The position numbers and the translations under genes are program-made. Under the pieces are notes generated by a model. That model worked only from the letters and a program-made list of their open reading frames with translations. It did not search any database and had not been told where the DNA came from. Below, one piece after another: positions 18,375 through 28,756 of a stretch of 64,000 nucleotides of DNA. Origin of the DNA: an uncultured Christensenella sp. (GTDB lineage Bacteria; Bacillota; Clostridia; Christensenellales; UBA1242); contig CATKZB010000001.1 of the NCBI GenBank assembly GCA_949841595.1, positions 170,418 to 234,417 of the forward strand, written 5' to 3'. Numbering within the stretch: position 1 is the first letter of the stretch; every line of letters starts with the position of its first letter.

Positions 18375-20648
18375 ATGAATTTTTACCAAATAATCACACA
18401 TAATAGGGAAATGAAGAAATTTGTCAAAATATGTCTAATTTCATTTGCATTGCTTGTCACTTTCACTTTTGTTTTCAGTGGAACATTTGTGACAATCAAT
18501 TATATCAAATATCAATCAATCCCACTTGATGCAGAAGCATTGAGCAATCCTTCACTTTCAATTGAGATTTACACCAAAGAGAACAAACCTATGAAGGAAG
18601 AAAATCAATTTAATGGCGATTTTTGCAAACTTGAAGACTTAAATTCATATACAAAACAAGCATTTTTGTCAATTGAGGACAAAGAGTTTTACAACCACAA
18701 TGGACTCAACAAAAAGCGTATTGCCAAAGCATTCCTCACAAACTTGAAAACAATGAGTTTGAAAGAAGGCGCATCAACTATAAGCCAACAACTTATCAAA
18801 AACACTCATCTTTCCAACGAAAAAACTTTTGAAAGAAAACTCAAAGAAATGGCACTTACAAGAAAACTTGAAAAAAACTACACAAAAGATGAGATTTTGG
18901 AATGCTATTTAAACGTGATTTTCTTCGGAAACAACTGTTATGGGCTTGAAAATGCTTCAAAATATTATTTCAACAAAAATGCAAAAGACTTAACTTTGTC
19001 TGAAAGTTGCACTTTGGCAGGAATAATCAAATCCCCAGCAAAATATTCCCCAATTTCAAATTATGAAAATTGTTTGAAAAGAAGAAATCTGATTTTAAGC
19101 GAAATGGAAAAAGATGGACATATTTCTGTCGATGAAAAAATAACGGCACAAAATCAGCCAATAAAGCTTGATATAACACCAAGAAGTGTCAACAAAATAA
19201 ACACTTACTCTCAAGCCAGCATTGATGAAGCGTCAAAGATTTTAGGACTTCCGGCTAAGCAATTGGCAATTGGTGGTTACAAAATTCACACCTATTGCAA
19301 TGAAGAAAAACAAGAAAATTTAAAACAGGCTCTTGAAAAAAATCAACTTGAAGACATTGACAGTGCAGGAATCGTCATTGATGCCGACACGTATGGAGTT
19401 TCAGCTTATTATGGAAACAGCAGTTATAAACTTATGGACATAAAACGTCAACCTGCTTCTTGCTTAAAACCAATCATGGTCTATGCTCCTGCATTAAATG
19501 AAGATGTGATTTCCCCTGCAACACAAATTTTGGACGAACCTATCAAAATAGGAAATTACGAACCCAGCAATGTAAACAAAAAATTTGTGGGCTATGTTTC
19601 GGCTACTGAAGCAGTCAAAAATTCAATGAACATACCAGCAATCAAAGTTCTAAGTTACATTGGCATTGACACTGGCAAACAATATGCTGAAAAAATGGGA
19701 ATATCTTTTGATGAAAAAGATGACAGTTATTCTCTTGCTTTGGGAGGAATGACCTATGGCGTCAATTTAAAAGATTTGACAAGTGCCTACACAACTTTTG
19801 CAAACAAAGGTGAATATGACAAAACAACTTTCATTCAATACATAACTGACAAAAACAATAAACTCGTCTACATTCACCGTCCACAACCTAGAATGGTGCT
19901 AAGAGAAGACAGCTCTTATCTTATGACAAACATTCTTCAAGAAGCTGCAAAAACAGGGACTGCACGAAAATTATCAGATATTTCAAACACAGAAATTGCT
20001 TCAAAAACCGGAACAGTCGGCAAAAAAGATGGAAACACAGACGCATATAACATCACCTACACCCCTGAAGAAGTTGTTGGCGTTTGGTATGGAGATTTAA
20101 CAAATCAACCTGCACCTATCACAAGTGGAAATCAACCAACAGAAGTTGTGAAAAGTTATATCTCATCTCAAGAATATGAAACAAAATCTTTTGACATACC
20201 TTCTTCTGTCACAACAGTAAAAATAGATGCTCTTGAAAAGGAAGAAAATCACAGACTTGTGCTTGCCAGTCCATATGCACCAGAAAGATATACAGAAACT
20301 TTCCTTTTCTCAAGATTTAACACTCCAACAGAAGTTTCACAAAACTTTGTTGAAAAACCACAAATTTCAGCCGAATGTAAAACAGAAAACAACCAAATTG
20401 TGATTTCTCTTCGCCCACAAAGACATCTGGAATATCAAATTTACAAAGATAACATCCCTTATCAAACAATAAAAGACAAACAAGAATATTTGACCATTCG
20501 TTTGCCTTTCAATGAAAAAGAAACCAACATCAAAATAACAGCAAACTATGCAAACTTAGCAAATTCGGATTTTGAAACTGAAAAAAACTTTACTTTGTCA
20601 AACACAAAAACAACAAACCAATCAAACAGTGACAAATGGTATATCTAA
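18375..20648 (+). CDS. Class A penicillin-binding protein (glycosyltransferase plus transpeptidase)
   Basis: GT51 motifs AFLSIEDKEFYNHNGLN and GASTISQQL. Transpeptidase motifs SCLK (SxxK) and KTGT. The likely true start is ATG 18411 (MKKFVKICLISF signal anchor). Confidence 0.88.
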   Translation: MNFYQIITHNREMKKFVKICLISFALLVTFTFVFSGTFVTINYIKYQSIPLDAEALSNPSLSIEIYTKENKPMKEENQFNGDFCKLEDLNSYTKQAFLSIEDKEFYNHNGLNKKRIAKAFLTNLKTMSLKEGASTISQQLIKNTHLSNEKTFERKLKEMALTRKLEKNYTKDEILECYLNVIFFGNNCYGLENASKYYFNKNAKDLTLSESCTLAGIIKSPAKYSPISNYENCLKRRNLILSEMEKDGHISVDEKITAQNQPIKLDITPRSVNKINTYSQASIDEASKILGLPAKQLAIGGYKIHTYCNEEKQENLKQALEKNQLEDIDSAGIVIDADTYGVSAYYGNSSYKLMDIKRQPASCLKPIMVYAPALNEDVISPATQILDEPIKIGNYEPSNVNKKFVGYVSATEAVKNSMNIPAIKVLSYIGIDTGKQYAEKMGISFDEKDDSYSLALGGMTYGVNLKDLTSAYTTFANKGEYDKTTFIQYITDKNNKLVYIHRPQPRMVLREDSSYLMTNILQEAAKTGTARKLSDISNTEIASKTGTVGKKDGNTDAYNITYTPEEVVGVWYGDLTNQPAPITSGNQPTEVVKSYISSQEYETKSFDIPSSVTTVKIDALEKEENHRLVLASPYAPERYTETFLFSRFNTPTEVSQNFVEKPQISAECKTENNQIVISLRPQRHLEYQIYKDNIPYQTIKDKQEYLTIRLPFNEKETNIKITANYANLANSDFETEKNFTLSNTKTTNQSNSDKWYI

Positions 20649-20680
20649 AAAAAACATGCTTAAAACAGCATGTTTTTATT
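20647..20680. terminator. Bidirectional terminator
   Basis: AACATGCT-taaaac-AGCATGTT, flanked by an A-run and a T-run. Confidence 0.65.
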
Positions 20681-21074
20681 TAAAAAATTCATCTTCAAGC
20701 AAAAGCCAACCAGCACCATTGCTCCTTGGAACTTCAACAGGAGAAATTTTTTTGACATTCTTAAGCCAAATAAGCGTGCAATATCTTTTATTTCTTGTTG
20801 TTTCCCAGTCTTCAAACTTATCTATGCCAATTTGCTTACCAAAATCTTTTCTGATTTGATCTGCCATTTCTGGCGTTAGTTGATAATATTGCACTTTATC
20901 AACTTCTGCTTTCGCAGTTACTTGTTTCCCCGTTTGTTTAAGATATATCTCATCCCCTATTGACACTTTATTGAAAGGAACAATTTTGTTCATTGAAAAT
21001 CTGCTTTCAATTGTCTTCTCTCCAGACAAAATCATATCAAAAAAAGGTTGTTTTAAAATTGCCACATGTTTCAT
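20676..21074 (-). CDS. ASCH domain protein
   Basis: 132 aa. MKHVAILKQPFFDMILSGEKTIESR... resembles the ASCH/PUA-like N-terminal pattern. Confidence 0.55.
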   Translation of the reverse strand: MKHVAILKQPFFDMILSGEKTIESRFSMNKIVPFNKVSIGDEIYLKQTGKQVTAKAEVDKVQYYQLTPEMADQIRKDFGKQIGIDKFEDWETTRNKRYCTLIWLKNVKKISPVEVPRSNGAGWLLLEDEFFK

Positions 21075-21080
21075 GAAATG

Positions 21081-21109
21081 AATATAACATAAAAATAAAA
21101 ATTAATCAA
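21081..21109 (-). promoter_or_regulatory. Promoter candidate abutting the ASCH ATG (leaderless candidate)
   Basis: Minus strand reads TTGATT-17 nt-TGtTATATT-catttc-ATG. No SD is present. Confidence 0.45.
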
Positions 21110-21172
21110 ATTTTCACAATAATAATTATTATTTCATATATTAATTTGACAAAAATTATAAGGAGAAATGAT

Positions 21173-21415
21173 ATGAATAAAAACATTTTAAAAGCAGATT
21201 CAAAAAATGGCGTTGGAAGAATTTTGTTTTACATCTTTGAAATTTGTGCACTGATTGTTGGAATAATAATGTTTATCATGGCAATCTATAATGCTTGCAA
21301 AACAGAATCTTTCATGGTTTTCTTAAACGCTTTTGCATCTGTAATTTTCACTGTTTTGGCACTTTACGGAATTGGAAAAATAATTGATTTACTTTGTTAT
21401 AGAAATGAAAAATAA
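21173..21415 (+). CDS. Small membrane protein (80 aa, 2 TM)
   Basis: ATG 21173 is preceded by AAGGAG. Two hydrophobic helices are present. Confidence 0.5.
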   Translation: MNKNILKADSKNGVGRILFYIFEICALIVGIIMFIMAIYNACKTESFMVFLNAFASVIFTVLALYGIGKIIDLLCYRNEK

Positions 21416-21451
21416 AATTATAAAATAATAACCAAACAACAAAAAACACAC

Positions 21452-21688
21452 TTATTTAAGTGTGTTTTTATTTTCTTTTTTATTCTTTTTTGAAACCCAA
21501 AACAATATACAGATTGCAAGTGGAACTGATGAAACTGCCACAATAGGAAGCGCTGTAAAAATCAACAATCCTCTGAGTGCAAAAACATCAACTCCAGCCC
21601 ACACCATTACTGGAATATGAAGAAATCCTATAATCAAAATTGCTATAGATATAATTGTGAATATGATTAATATAATTTTCTTTTTCAT
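21452..21688 (-). CDS. Small membrane protein (78 aa, 2 TM)
   Basis: Starts 6 nt after the recA stop. Strongly hydrophobic, with a basic C-terminus. A hairpin ACACACTT/AAGTGTGT lies at its 3' end. Confidence 0.45.
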   Translation of the reverse strand: MKKKIILIIFTIISIAILIIGFLHIPVMVWAGVDVFALRGLLIFTALPIVAVSSVPLAICILFWVSKKNKKENKNTLK

Positions 21689-21696
21689 ATTCAAAG

Positions 21697-22731
21697 TTAT
21701 TCTTCAACATCTTCTGAAGAAAGAATTTCATTGCCCGAAAGTTTTTCTCTTATTGTGGTTTCAAGTTCTGTCAAAATTTCAGGATTTTTTTCCAAATAGA
21801 GTTTTGTATTTTCTTTTCCTTGTCCGATTTTTTCGTCATTATAAGAGAACCAAGCACCAGATTTTTTAATTAATCCCAATGTAAGAGCCATATCCAAAAT
21901 GCAACCAGATTGAGAGATTCCTTGTCCATACATAATATCAAATTCTGCAGTTTTGAAAGGTGGAGCAAGTTTGTTTTTAACAACTTTAACTTTTGTTCTG
22001 TTTCCTATCAAATTTGATCCATCTTTGATAGTGTCGGCTTTTCTTACATCAAGTCTTATGCTGGCATAAAACTTCAATGCCTTTCCACCTGTTGTTGTTT
22101 CAGGATTTCCAAACATAACGCCGATCTTTTCACGTAATTGATTGATGAAAATCACAGCTGTGTTGCTCTTGCTGGAAACTGAAGTCATTTTTCTTAAAGC
22201 TTGGCTCATCATTCTTGCTTGAAGTCCAACATGGTTATCTCCCATTTCTCCATCAATTTCTGCTTTTGGTGTAAGTGCAGCAACAGAATCCACAACAATA
22301 ATATCAAACACACCTGAACGAATAAGAGTGTCACAAATGTTGAGTGCTTGTTCTCCATTATCTGGTTGAGAAACATAAAGTGCCTTTGTATCTACACCAA
22401 GTTTTTCTGCATAAACAGGGTCAAGAGCATGTTCTGCATCGATAAAAGCAGCTCTGCCACCCATTTTTTGTGCTTCAGCCACCATGTGAAGCGAAACAGT
22501 TGTCTTACCAGAAGATTCTGGTCCATAAATTTCAATAATTCTTCCTCTTGGGATTCCTCCAATTCCAAGAGCCATATCAAGCGTCAAACATCCTGTTGGA
22601 ATAACATCCACTTTTTGATAAGGGCTGTCACCCAATTTCATAATTGCACCCTTTCCAAAATCTTTTTCAATTTTCAAGAGTGCTTGCTCAAGAGCTTCTT
22701 CTCTTGGATCTTTCTTTTCTTTTTCAGCCAT
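21697..22731 (-). CDS. recA: Recombinase RecA
   Basis: Walker [10 protein letters not shown], then ...[11 protein letters not shown]... and ...VVDSVAAL... Confidence 0.97.
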   Translation of the reverse strand: MAEKEKKDPREEALEQALLKIEKDFGKGAIMKLGDSPYQKVDVIPTGCLTLDMALGIGGIPRGRIIEIYGPESSGKTTVSLHMVAEAQKMGGRAAFIDAEHALDPVYAEKLGVDTKALYVSQPDNGEQALNICDTLIRSGVFDIIVVDSVAALTPKAEIDGEMGDNHVGLQARMMSQALRKMTSVSSKSNTAVIFINQLREKIGVMFGNPETTTGGKALKFYASIRLDVRKADTIKDGSNLIGNRTKVKVVKNKLAPPFKTAEFDIMYGQGISQSGCILDMALTLGLIKKSGAWFSYNDEKIGQGKENTKLYLEKNPEILTELETTIREKLSGNEILSSEDVEE

Positions 22732-22805
22732 AAATTTCTCCTATATGTTTATATTATATCAAAATTTGTTGTGGTTTCAAAATGAAATCAAAACAAATCG
22801 ACAAA

Positions 22806-23843
22806 TCAATTTTTTAAATTAGTTTTTTGTTTAAGGTAAATATAAAGTCTGTATAATATGTAATCGCAAAATTCAACTAAACTTTCTTGTTTATCCTTCC
22901 CCAAACGAACAAACCCATATTGATAAAATTTTTCTTTATCCCCTAATGTCACATAACTTCTCTTGTCATTATTTTCAGAGTATTCTTCTTCAAAACTTGC
23001 AGTGACAACAATGTCGCTTTTAGAAGATTTTAAAAGATTTTTCGCCATATCAAACAAAACTTTATGATTAACAGCCTGTTGCTCATCTATTAAATCATCA
23101 CAAACTCCAAAATCTTTTATTTGATCGGTATTTAAAAACAACAAAGATTGTGTTAAGAGAGGTTTTAATTCATTTTCGTTTGCAAACATTCCAATCAAAT
23201 GTCCATTTAAACAATGCTCTGCAACAGAAATTGACAAATCATTATCTTTGAGCAAAATCGCACATCTTTTTGCCAAAGATTCATCCTTATCTGAATATAA
23301 ACAATCTCCAAATTCAAACTCCAATCTTTCTTGTTCCAAAAATTTGGAAAAATAAACTTTATGTAAATCTCTGGTTTCAGAAATAATTTTGTATTCCAAA
23401 TCGAAGCCATTTTTCAATATATCAAACTTTTCTTTTATCTTTTTTCTGCTAATCCAATATAAAGAACATACAAAAACTTCATTTTTAGGCAAAAATTCTT
23501 CCAAAAAGTCTTCAAAAGCAAGTTCTATAGGGACAAAAATCATATTCTTCAAGCCACTATTTCGTTCCAGTTTAACAGCTTGTTCCTTCACCAAAGTAAA
23601 ACTGTCGCCGTCTGATTTAATATCTTCCAAAAGTGCATCGATCTTGTTATTTTCGCAAAGCACCACAGTGAAACCCTCACGATCCTTTTCATCTTTACAT
23701 TTCTTTTCAAATTCTTGAAAATCAGAAAAGTAATTAAACGAAAAATCGAAAAGCCCTCTTGATAAGAGAAACTTTTCCATTTTCTGAATTTTATCAATAA
23801 ATAATCCATTTTCTGTGTAAAATAAAACTTTATTTTGCTTCAT
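22806..23843 (-). CDS. Highly divergent CinA-like protein
   Basis: Occupies the conserved pgsA-cinA-recA position. The C-terminal half aligns by eye with CinA_C/PncC (LSISVAEHCLNGHLIG vs L-T-I-A-x-AES-x-TGG-L). The N-terminal half shows only traces of the MoCF-like domain. Confidence 0.5.
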   Translation of the reverse strand: MKQNKVLFYTENGLFIDKIQKMEKFLLSRGLFDFSFNYFSDFQEFEKKCKDEKDREGFTVVLCENNKIDALLEDIKSDGDSFTLVKEQAVKLERNSGLKNMIFVPIELAFEDFLEEFLPKNEVFVCSLYWISRKKIKEKFDILKNGFDLEYKIISETRDLHKVYFSKFLEQERLEFEFGDCLYSDKDESLAKRCAILLKDNDLSISVAEHCLNGHLIGMFANENELKPLLTQSLLFLNTDQIKDFGVCDDLIDEQQAVNHKVLFDMAKNLLKSSKSDIVVTASFEEEYSENNDKRSYVTLGDKEKFYQYGFVRLGKDKQESLVEFCDYILYRLYIYLKQKTNLKN

Positions 23844-24459
23844 CTTTAAACACCTGTCTGTTGTTTGTTATATATTTGATGCCTGACACAATTGTCATAA
23901 TCACTGTGATTGCCAAAAGCACATACCCCACAAGACTTAACACTGTGTTGGCAGTCCCTGCAATTGCATAATAAAACTCTTCAACAATAAATGCATAAAT
24001 GAAATAGAAAATAAGTGTTATAAACTGAAAAACAGCTTTAACTTTTCCATATATATCAGCTGCAAGCACAACATTCTTTGTGGCAGCAATTTGACGAAAT
24101 GCACTGATAAGAAGTTCTCTTGCCAAAATTATTATTCCAGCCACAATCCCCACATAAGTTGGGAAGATTATTGGTTCAACAACTGACCCACCATTTGGCA
24201 CAATAGGACAGGCAATCACAAGCAAAATCCCTGACATAACAAGCACTTTATCTGCAATTGTATCTAAAAATTTCCCTAAGTTTGTTACAAGATTTCTGCT
24301 CCTTGCAATTTTGCCATCTAAGAAATCCGTGAAACATGCAGTTGCAAACACCAAAGTGGCAACAAGTTTTCCATAAGGGATGAAATCAGCCATGTAGAAA
24401 AACACAAACAAAGGAATCAAACATATTCTGCAAACTGAAATTTTATTTGGTAAATTCAT
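23830..24459 (-). CDS. pgsA: CDP-diacylglycerol--glycerol-3-phosphate 3-phosphatidyltransferase
   Basis: CDP-alcohol phosphotransferase motif DFLDGKIARSRNLVTNLGKFLDTIADK. Confidence 0.9.
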   Translation of the reverse strand: MNLPNKISVCRICLIPLFVFFYMADFIPYGKLVATLVFATACFTDFLDGKIARSRNLVTNLGKFLDTIADKVLVMSGILLVIACPIVPNGGSVVEPIIFPTYVGIVAGIIILARELLISAFRQIAATKNVVLAADIYGKVKAVFQFITLIFYFIYAFIVEEFYYAIAGTANTVLSLVGYVLLAITVIMTIVSGIKYITNNRQVFKDEAK

Positions 24460-25774
24460 AATACTCTCCTATATAATTTTCTCCGTCAAACCCAATGAAT
24501 TTGACATTGACAATTTTGCCCACATCTATATTTTTATTATCTTCAATTGTGACTCCAAAGTCAACTGTTGGAGATAAAAATTCAGTGTGTCCAACATAAT
24601 TTCCTGTTTCTTCATCGAAGTAGTCAATCAAAACTTTAAAGATTTTTCCCAACTTTTCTTTTGCCTTGGTTTCAGCAATCTTTCTTTGAAGTTTTTGTAT
24701 TTTTTTGAGTCTTATCTTTTTTGTACGTTCGCTCACCTGCTTATCCATGAAATAACTTGGGGTGTTTTCTTCTCTATAATAAGGGAAGAAACCAGCATAA
24801 TCAAATTTTTCACTTTCCACAAAATCACAAAGTTTTTTGAAATCTTTTCTTGTTTCACTTGGATAACCAACAATAAATGTTGTTCTCATAGCTATTTCTG
24901 GATAATTTTTATGAATTTTTTCGATAAGTTCTCTTGTCTTTTCTTCATCAAGATGTCTTCTCATACTCTTTAAAATTCGGCCATCAATGTGTTGAAGAGG
25001 TATATCAAGATATTTGCACATTTTTGGTTCTTTTGCAATTAATTCCAAAAGCTTGTCATCTGTTTTTTCTGGGTATGCATAGTGCAAACGTATATATTCA
25101 ATTCCATCAATTTTAGCAAGTTTTTTGCATAGATCTATCAAACAATTTTTGCCATATAGATCTTCACCATACCTTGTGACATCTTGTGCGACCAAGACCA
25201 ATTCTTTTATTTTGTTTTTAGCAAGATATTTTGCCTCTTCCAAAATTTTTTCCATTTCATAACTCTGATATCTGCCCTTAATTCTTGGAATTGTGCAATA
25301 AGAACAAACATTACTGCAACCTTCTGCAATTTTTAAATAAGCATAAGAGCCACGACATGTAAAAATTCTTCCTTTAACGTCTCCACGCTTAGATGTCTTA
25401 ACTCCATAAAGTTTTTCAATAATTTCACAAATATTTTCATTGTCACTTACAGACAAAACAGCATCAACTTCAGGGATTTCTTTCAAAACCTCATTTTTGT
25501 ATCTTTGTGCCAAACATCCACTTACAATCACTTTTTCAAGTTTTCTGTTATTTTTCAAAAGACACATTTCAAAAATATTGTCAATTGCTTCTTTTCTTGC
25601 TGGAGAAATAAATGCACAGGTGTTGACAATAACAATTTGAGCATCATTTGCATCTTCAACAACTTCAAAACCGTAGTTACTGAGCTTAAACAGCATTTTT
25701 TCAAGGTCAACTCTGTTTTTGTCACAACCAAGTGAAATTGCAGAAACCTTTTTGTTTTTCAATTTTTCGTCCAT
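24443..25774 (-). CDS. rimO: Ribosomal protein S12 methylthiotransferase RimO
   Basis: ISLGCDKNRVD N-domain, CSNVCSYCTIPRIKG radical SAM motif, and a C-terminal TRAM-like beta domain (GKIFKVLIDYFDEETGNYVGHTEF...). Confidence 0.88.
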   Translation of the reverse strand: MDEKLKNKKVSAISLGCDKNRVDLEKMLFKLSNYGFEVVEDANDAQIVIVNTCAFISPARKEAIDNIFEMCLLKNNRKLEKVIVSGCLAQRYKNEVLKEIPEVDAVLSVSDNENICEIIEKLYGVKTSKRGDVKGRIFTCRGSYAYLKIAEGCSNVCSYCTIPRIKGRYQSYEMEKILEEAKYLAKNKIKELVLVAQDVTRYGEDLYGKNCLIDLCKKLAKIDGIEYIRLHYAYPEKTDDKLLELIAKEPKMCKYLDIPLQHIDGRILKSMRRHLDEEKTRELIEKIHKNYPEIAMRTTFIVGYPSETRKDFKKLCDFVESEKFDYAGFFPYYREENTPSYFMDKQVSERTKKIRLKKIQKLQRKIAETKAKEKLGKIFKVLIDYFDEETGNYVGHTEFLSPTVDFGVTIEDNKNIDVGKIVNVKFIGFDGENYIGEYYEFTK

Positions 25775-25800
25775 GTCTTTCCCTTCATTCGTTTTCTTTT

Positions 25801-28596
25801 TTAGTCATATTGATCACCAAACAACTCTCTAAATTCTTCTTCAGTGGTATAAACAGTTCTTCCTTTGACTCCATCTGCACTTGAAATATATCCAGCAGCT
25901 TCCATTTGATCAATGATCCTTGCAGCTCTTGGATAACCAATTGCAAATCTACGTCTGATCATTGTTGCAGAGGCTTGCTTGCATTCTATTGAAGCTTTCA
26001 ATGCTTGTGGCAACAATGGATCCATTTCATTGTTATAGCCTGCCCCTCCACCATTGTTGTTACCACGATTTGGATTGTTTATTTGGTCTTCAATATCTTT
26101 ATCAAAAATAGGTTTGTTGTTGTCACGAGTGTAATCAACAATATTGTTGATTTCGTTTGTGGAAATAAAGCAACCTTGAACACGCATAGGATCTTTCGCA
26201 CCATTTGGGAAATAAAGCATGTCACCCTTACCCAAAAGTTTTTCTGCACCCACTCTATCCAAAATTGTCATAGAATCAACTGCACTTGTAACGGCAAATG
26301 AAATTCTTGAAGGGAAATTTGATTTGATAAGACCTGTGATGACATCAACTGAAGGTCTTTGAGTAGCCAATATCAAATGAATTCCAGCAGCACGTGCTTT
26401 TTGGGCAAGACGACAAACTTTTTCTTCAACTTCTTTCTTTCCTGTCATCATAAGGTCAGCAAGTTCATCCACAATAATCACAATAAAAGGCATTTTTTGC
26501 ACTTTTCCGGACAAAACATCTGGTGTTTGATTATATTCATCAATATTTTTCACTCTTGCATAACCCAAAGTTTCAAAACGCTTTTCCATTTCAGTAACTG
26601 CCCAAGCAAGAGTGTTGATTGCTTTTTGAGTGTCACACACAATCTGTGGCATAATCAAATGAGGCAAAGCTTCATAAGAAGAAAACTCAACACGTTTTGG
26701 GTCAATTAAAACAATTCTGACATCTTCTGGTGAAGCTTTATACATAATGCTTAAAATGATTGAGTTTAAGCACACACTCTTTCCTGAACCTGTTGAGCCT
26801 GCCACCAAAAGATGAGTAAGTTTTTGCATGTTGCAGCAAATTGTGTTTCCAGAAATGTCTTTTCCAAGTGCAAAAGTCAGTGGAGAAGAACCATTGACAA
26901 ATTCTTTTGAATTTAAGACATCTTTCAAACTTATTGTGGCGATAGATGTGTTTGGAACTTCAATTCCCACCACACTCTTTCCAGGAACAGGAGCTTCTAT
27001 ACGAATAGAGCCTTCTGCTGCAAGTGACAGAGCAATGTCATCTACCCTGTTTTTGATTTTACTCACTGAAATTCCCTGTGGCATTTCAAGTTCATATCTT
27101 GTGACAGCAGGTCCGACAACAACTCCCTGAACTTTGGCAGGAACGCCAAAAGTTTCAAGTGTGTTTTCCAAAAGCACTCTCTTTGTTGCAACATCTTCAC
27201 TTAAAGTTGAAAGGTCAACACTTTTTGTTGTGATGTAATCAATTGGAGGTTTTTCATATTCATAAGGCTCTCTAACTTCCGGTTGTTCTGGTTCAATCTG
27301 CATTTGTTCACGAGAAGCCATACCATTACGCATTGAAAGTCTTTCAAAATCACGATTGAAACTGTTTCTTGCATCCAAATCTTCTTGATTTGTCACTCTG
27401 TCATTTCGGTCAAAACTTGTTCTTTCAAAAGAACGTCTTTCAAAACTTCCACTGTTATTTCTTTCAGGAAGTCTGTTTAACAAGTTTTCTTCGGCAGACT
27501 CTTCCACAACATCTTCAAACATCTCTGGATTTTCATTCTTTTCTTCTTGTATCGCATTTCTCAAAATGTCATCAGCTTGTTCAACAAGCTCTTCACTTTT
27601 GACTTCTGGCAATGTTCTCTTAAAATATGCAGATGTGTCTGGCTTGAATTCGTCTTCATAATAAACTTGAGATGGATTTATGTCGTCTTCTTTAAGAGCT
27701 TGAATATTTGAATTTATCTCTTGCTTTTCAGGGACTTGTTCTTTTCTGACATCTTTGAAATATTCGTCTATGTCAATTTGTGGCGGCGTCAAAATAAGTT
27801 CTTTCAAACTTTTTGGTTTCTCTGATTCTTTCTTTTGTTGGGTTGGTTTAACAGGATTTGTTCCCCCATATTCATATGCGTTGTTTCTTTTTTTGTCCAA
27901 TCCCAAAATCTGTCTTGCAGTAAGAGGTTTGTTTTCCACCTTTTGCTCTTCTTTAAGATTTCCATTCAACACAACATTGACTTCTTCTGCAGGTTCTTTA
28001 ACAACAACTTCTTCTTTTACAATATTGTTTGATGCTTTTGCTTTTTTATCTTTAATTTGAACAGAAACTGGTTCTGTTGTTTCTTTGTTTTTCTTCATGA
28101 AATTTAGACTGTCAATCAAAAGAGCAACACAAATCACAAGTGCAAGTGCAAAGATGATATAAGCACCGTATATGTTTGCCATATACAAAAAGATTGTTGT
28201 GAAAATTCCTATGAAAAAGCCTCCTGCTGTCCATTTGTCATGATAGTTTTTTGCCATATAATCCCAAAACGACAATCCACCTTTATTTCCGACAATCGCC
28301 AATTGCAAAATGCAAAGAGCAAAAAACACCGACAAAATCAAACATATGCAATATTTTTTCGACATCACATATCTTCTGTTGTTTAAGAGTGCAAGCCCCA
28401 CAACAAACAAAACAATGCAGAGAGGAAAACCAAACACTCCCAAAACACCCAATAAAAAGGTTTGAATTGGAGCAACAATTCCTGTCAAAAACAAGAAAAT
28501 AACCGAAGCAACGCCAATCAGAGAAAATCCCACTATTTTTTTGACATTTGGATTTTTATCTTTTTTCTTCTTTGAATTAAGTTTGTAAATCGCCAT
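25801..28596 (-). CDS. ftsK: DNA translocase FtsK/SpoIIIE
   Basis: N-terminal TM helices, a long low-complexity linker, a motor domain with LLVAGSTGSGKSV and ...IVDELADLMM, and a C-terminal gamma winged helix. Start trimmed to ATG 28596, which has a GGGGGA SD. Confidence 0.93.
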   Translation of the reverse strand: MAIYKLNSKKKKDKNPNVKKIVGFSLIGVASVIFLFLTGIVAPIQTFLLGVLGVFGFPLCIVLFVVGLALLNNRRYVMSKKYCICLILSVFFALCILQLAIVGNKGGLSFWDYMAKNYHDKWTAGGFFIGIFTTIFLYMANIYGAYIIFALALVICVALLIDSLNFMKKNKETTEPVSVQIKDKKAKASNNIVKEEVVVKEPAEEVNVVLNGNLKEEQKVENKPLTARQILGLDKKRNNAYEYGGTNPVKPTQQKKESEKPKSLKELILTPPQIDIDEYFKDVRKEQVPEKQEINSNIQALKEDDINPSQVYYEDEFKPDTSAYFKRTLPEVKSEELVEQADDILRNAIQEEKNENPEMFEDVVEESAEENLLNRLPERNNSGSFERRSFERTSFDRNDRVTNQEDLDARNSFNRDFERLSMRNGMASREQMQIEPEQPEVREPYEYEKPPIDYITTKSVDLSTLSEDVATKRVLLENTLETFGVPAKVQGVVVGPAVTRYELEMPQGISVSKIKNRVDDIALSLAAEGSIRIEAPVPGKSVVGIEVPNTSIATISLKDVLNSKEFVNGSSPLTFALGKDISGNTICCNMQKLTHLLVAGSTGSGKSVCLNSIILSIMYKASPEDVRIVLIDPKRVEFSSYEALPHLIMPQIVCDTQKAINTLAWAVTEMEKRFETLGYARVKNIDEYNQTPDVLSGKVQKMPFIVIIVDELADLMMTGKKEVEEKVCRLAQKARAAGIHLILATQRPSVDVITGLIKSNFPSRISFAVTSAVDSMTILDRVGAEKLLGKGDMLYFPNGAKDPMRVQGCFISTNEINNIVDYTRDNNKPIFDKDIEDQINNPNRGNNNGGGAGYNNEMDPLLPQALKASIECKQASATMIRRRFAIGYPRAARIIDQMEAAGYISSADGVKGRTVYTTEEEFRELFGDQYD

Positions 28597-28756
28597 TACA
28601 TCCCCCAAGAATAAGGTCAAAGGGCAACAAGAAAATATTTGCCCAATATATCTGTTTATATTGTATCACTAATCTTCCCTGTTTCCCAAACAGATTTAAC
28701 AAAAAACAAACATAATTTTGTCGTTTAATATTTTTAAATATTAATATAATTTTGTG

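Noticed and set aside
22732-22805. Search for a LexA/Cheo box (GAAC-N4-GTTC) upstream of recA
   Set aside because: No such palindrome is present in the 74-bp upstream region, so no SOS operator can be claimed.
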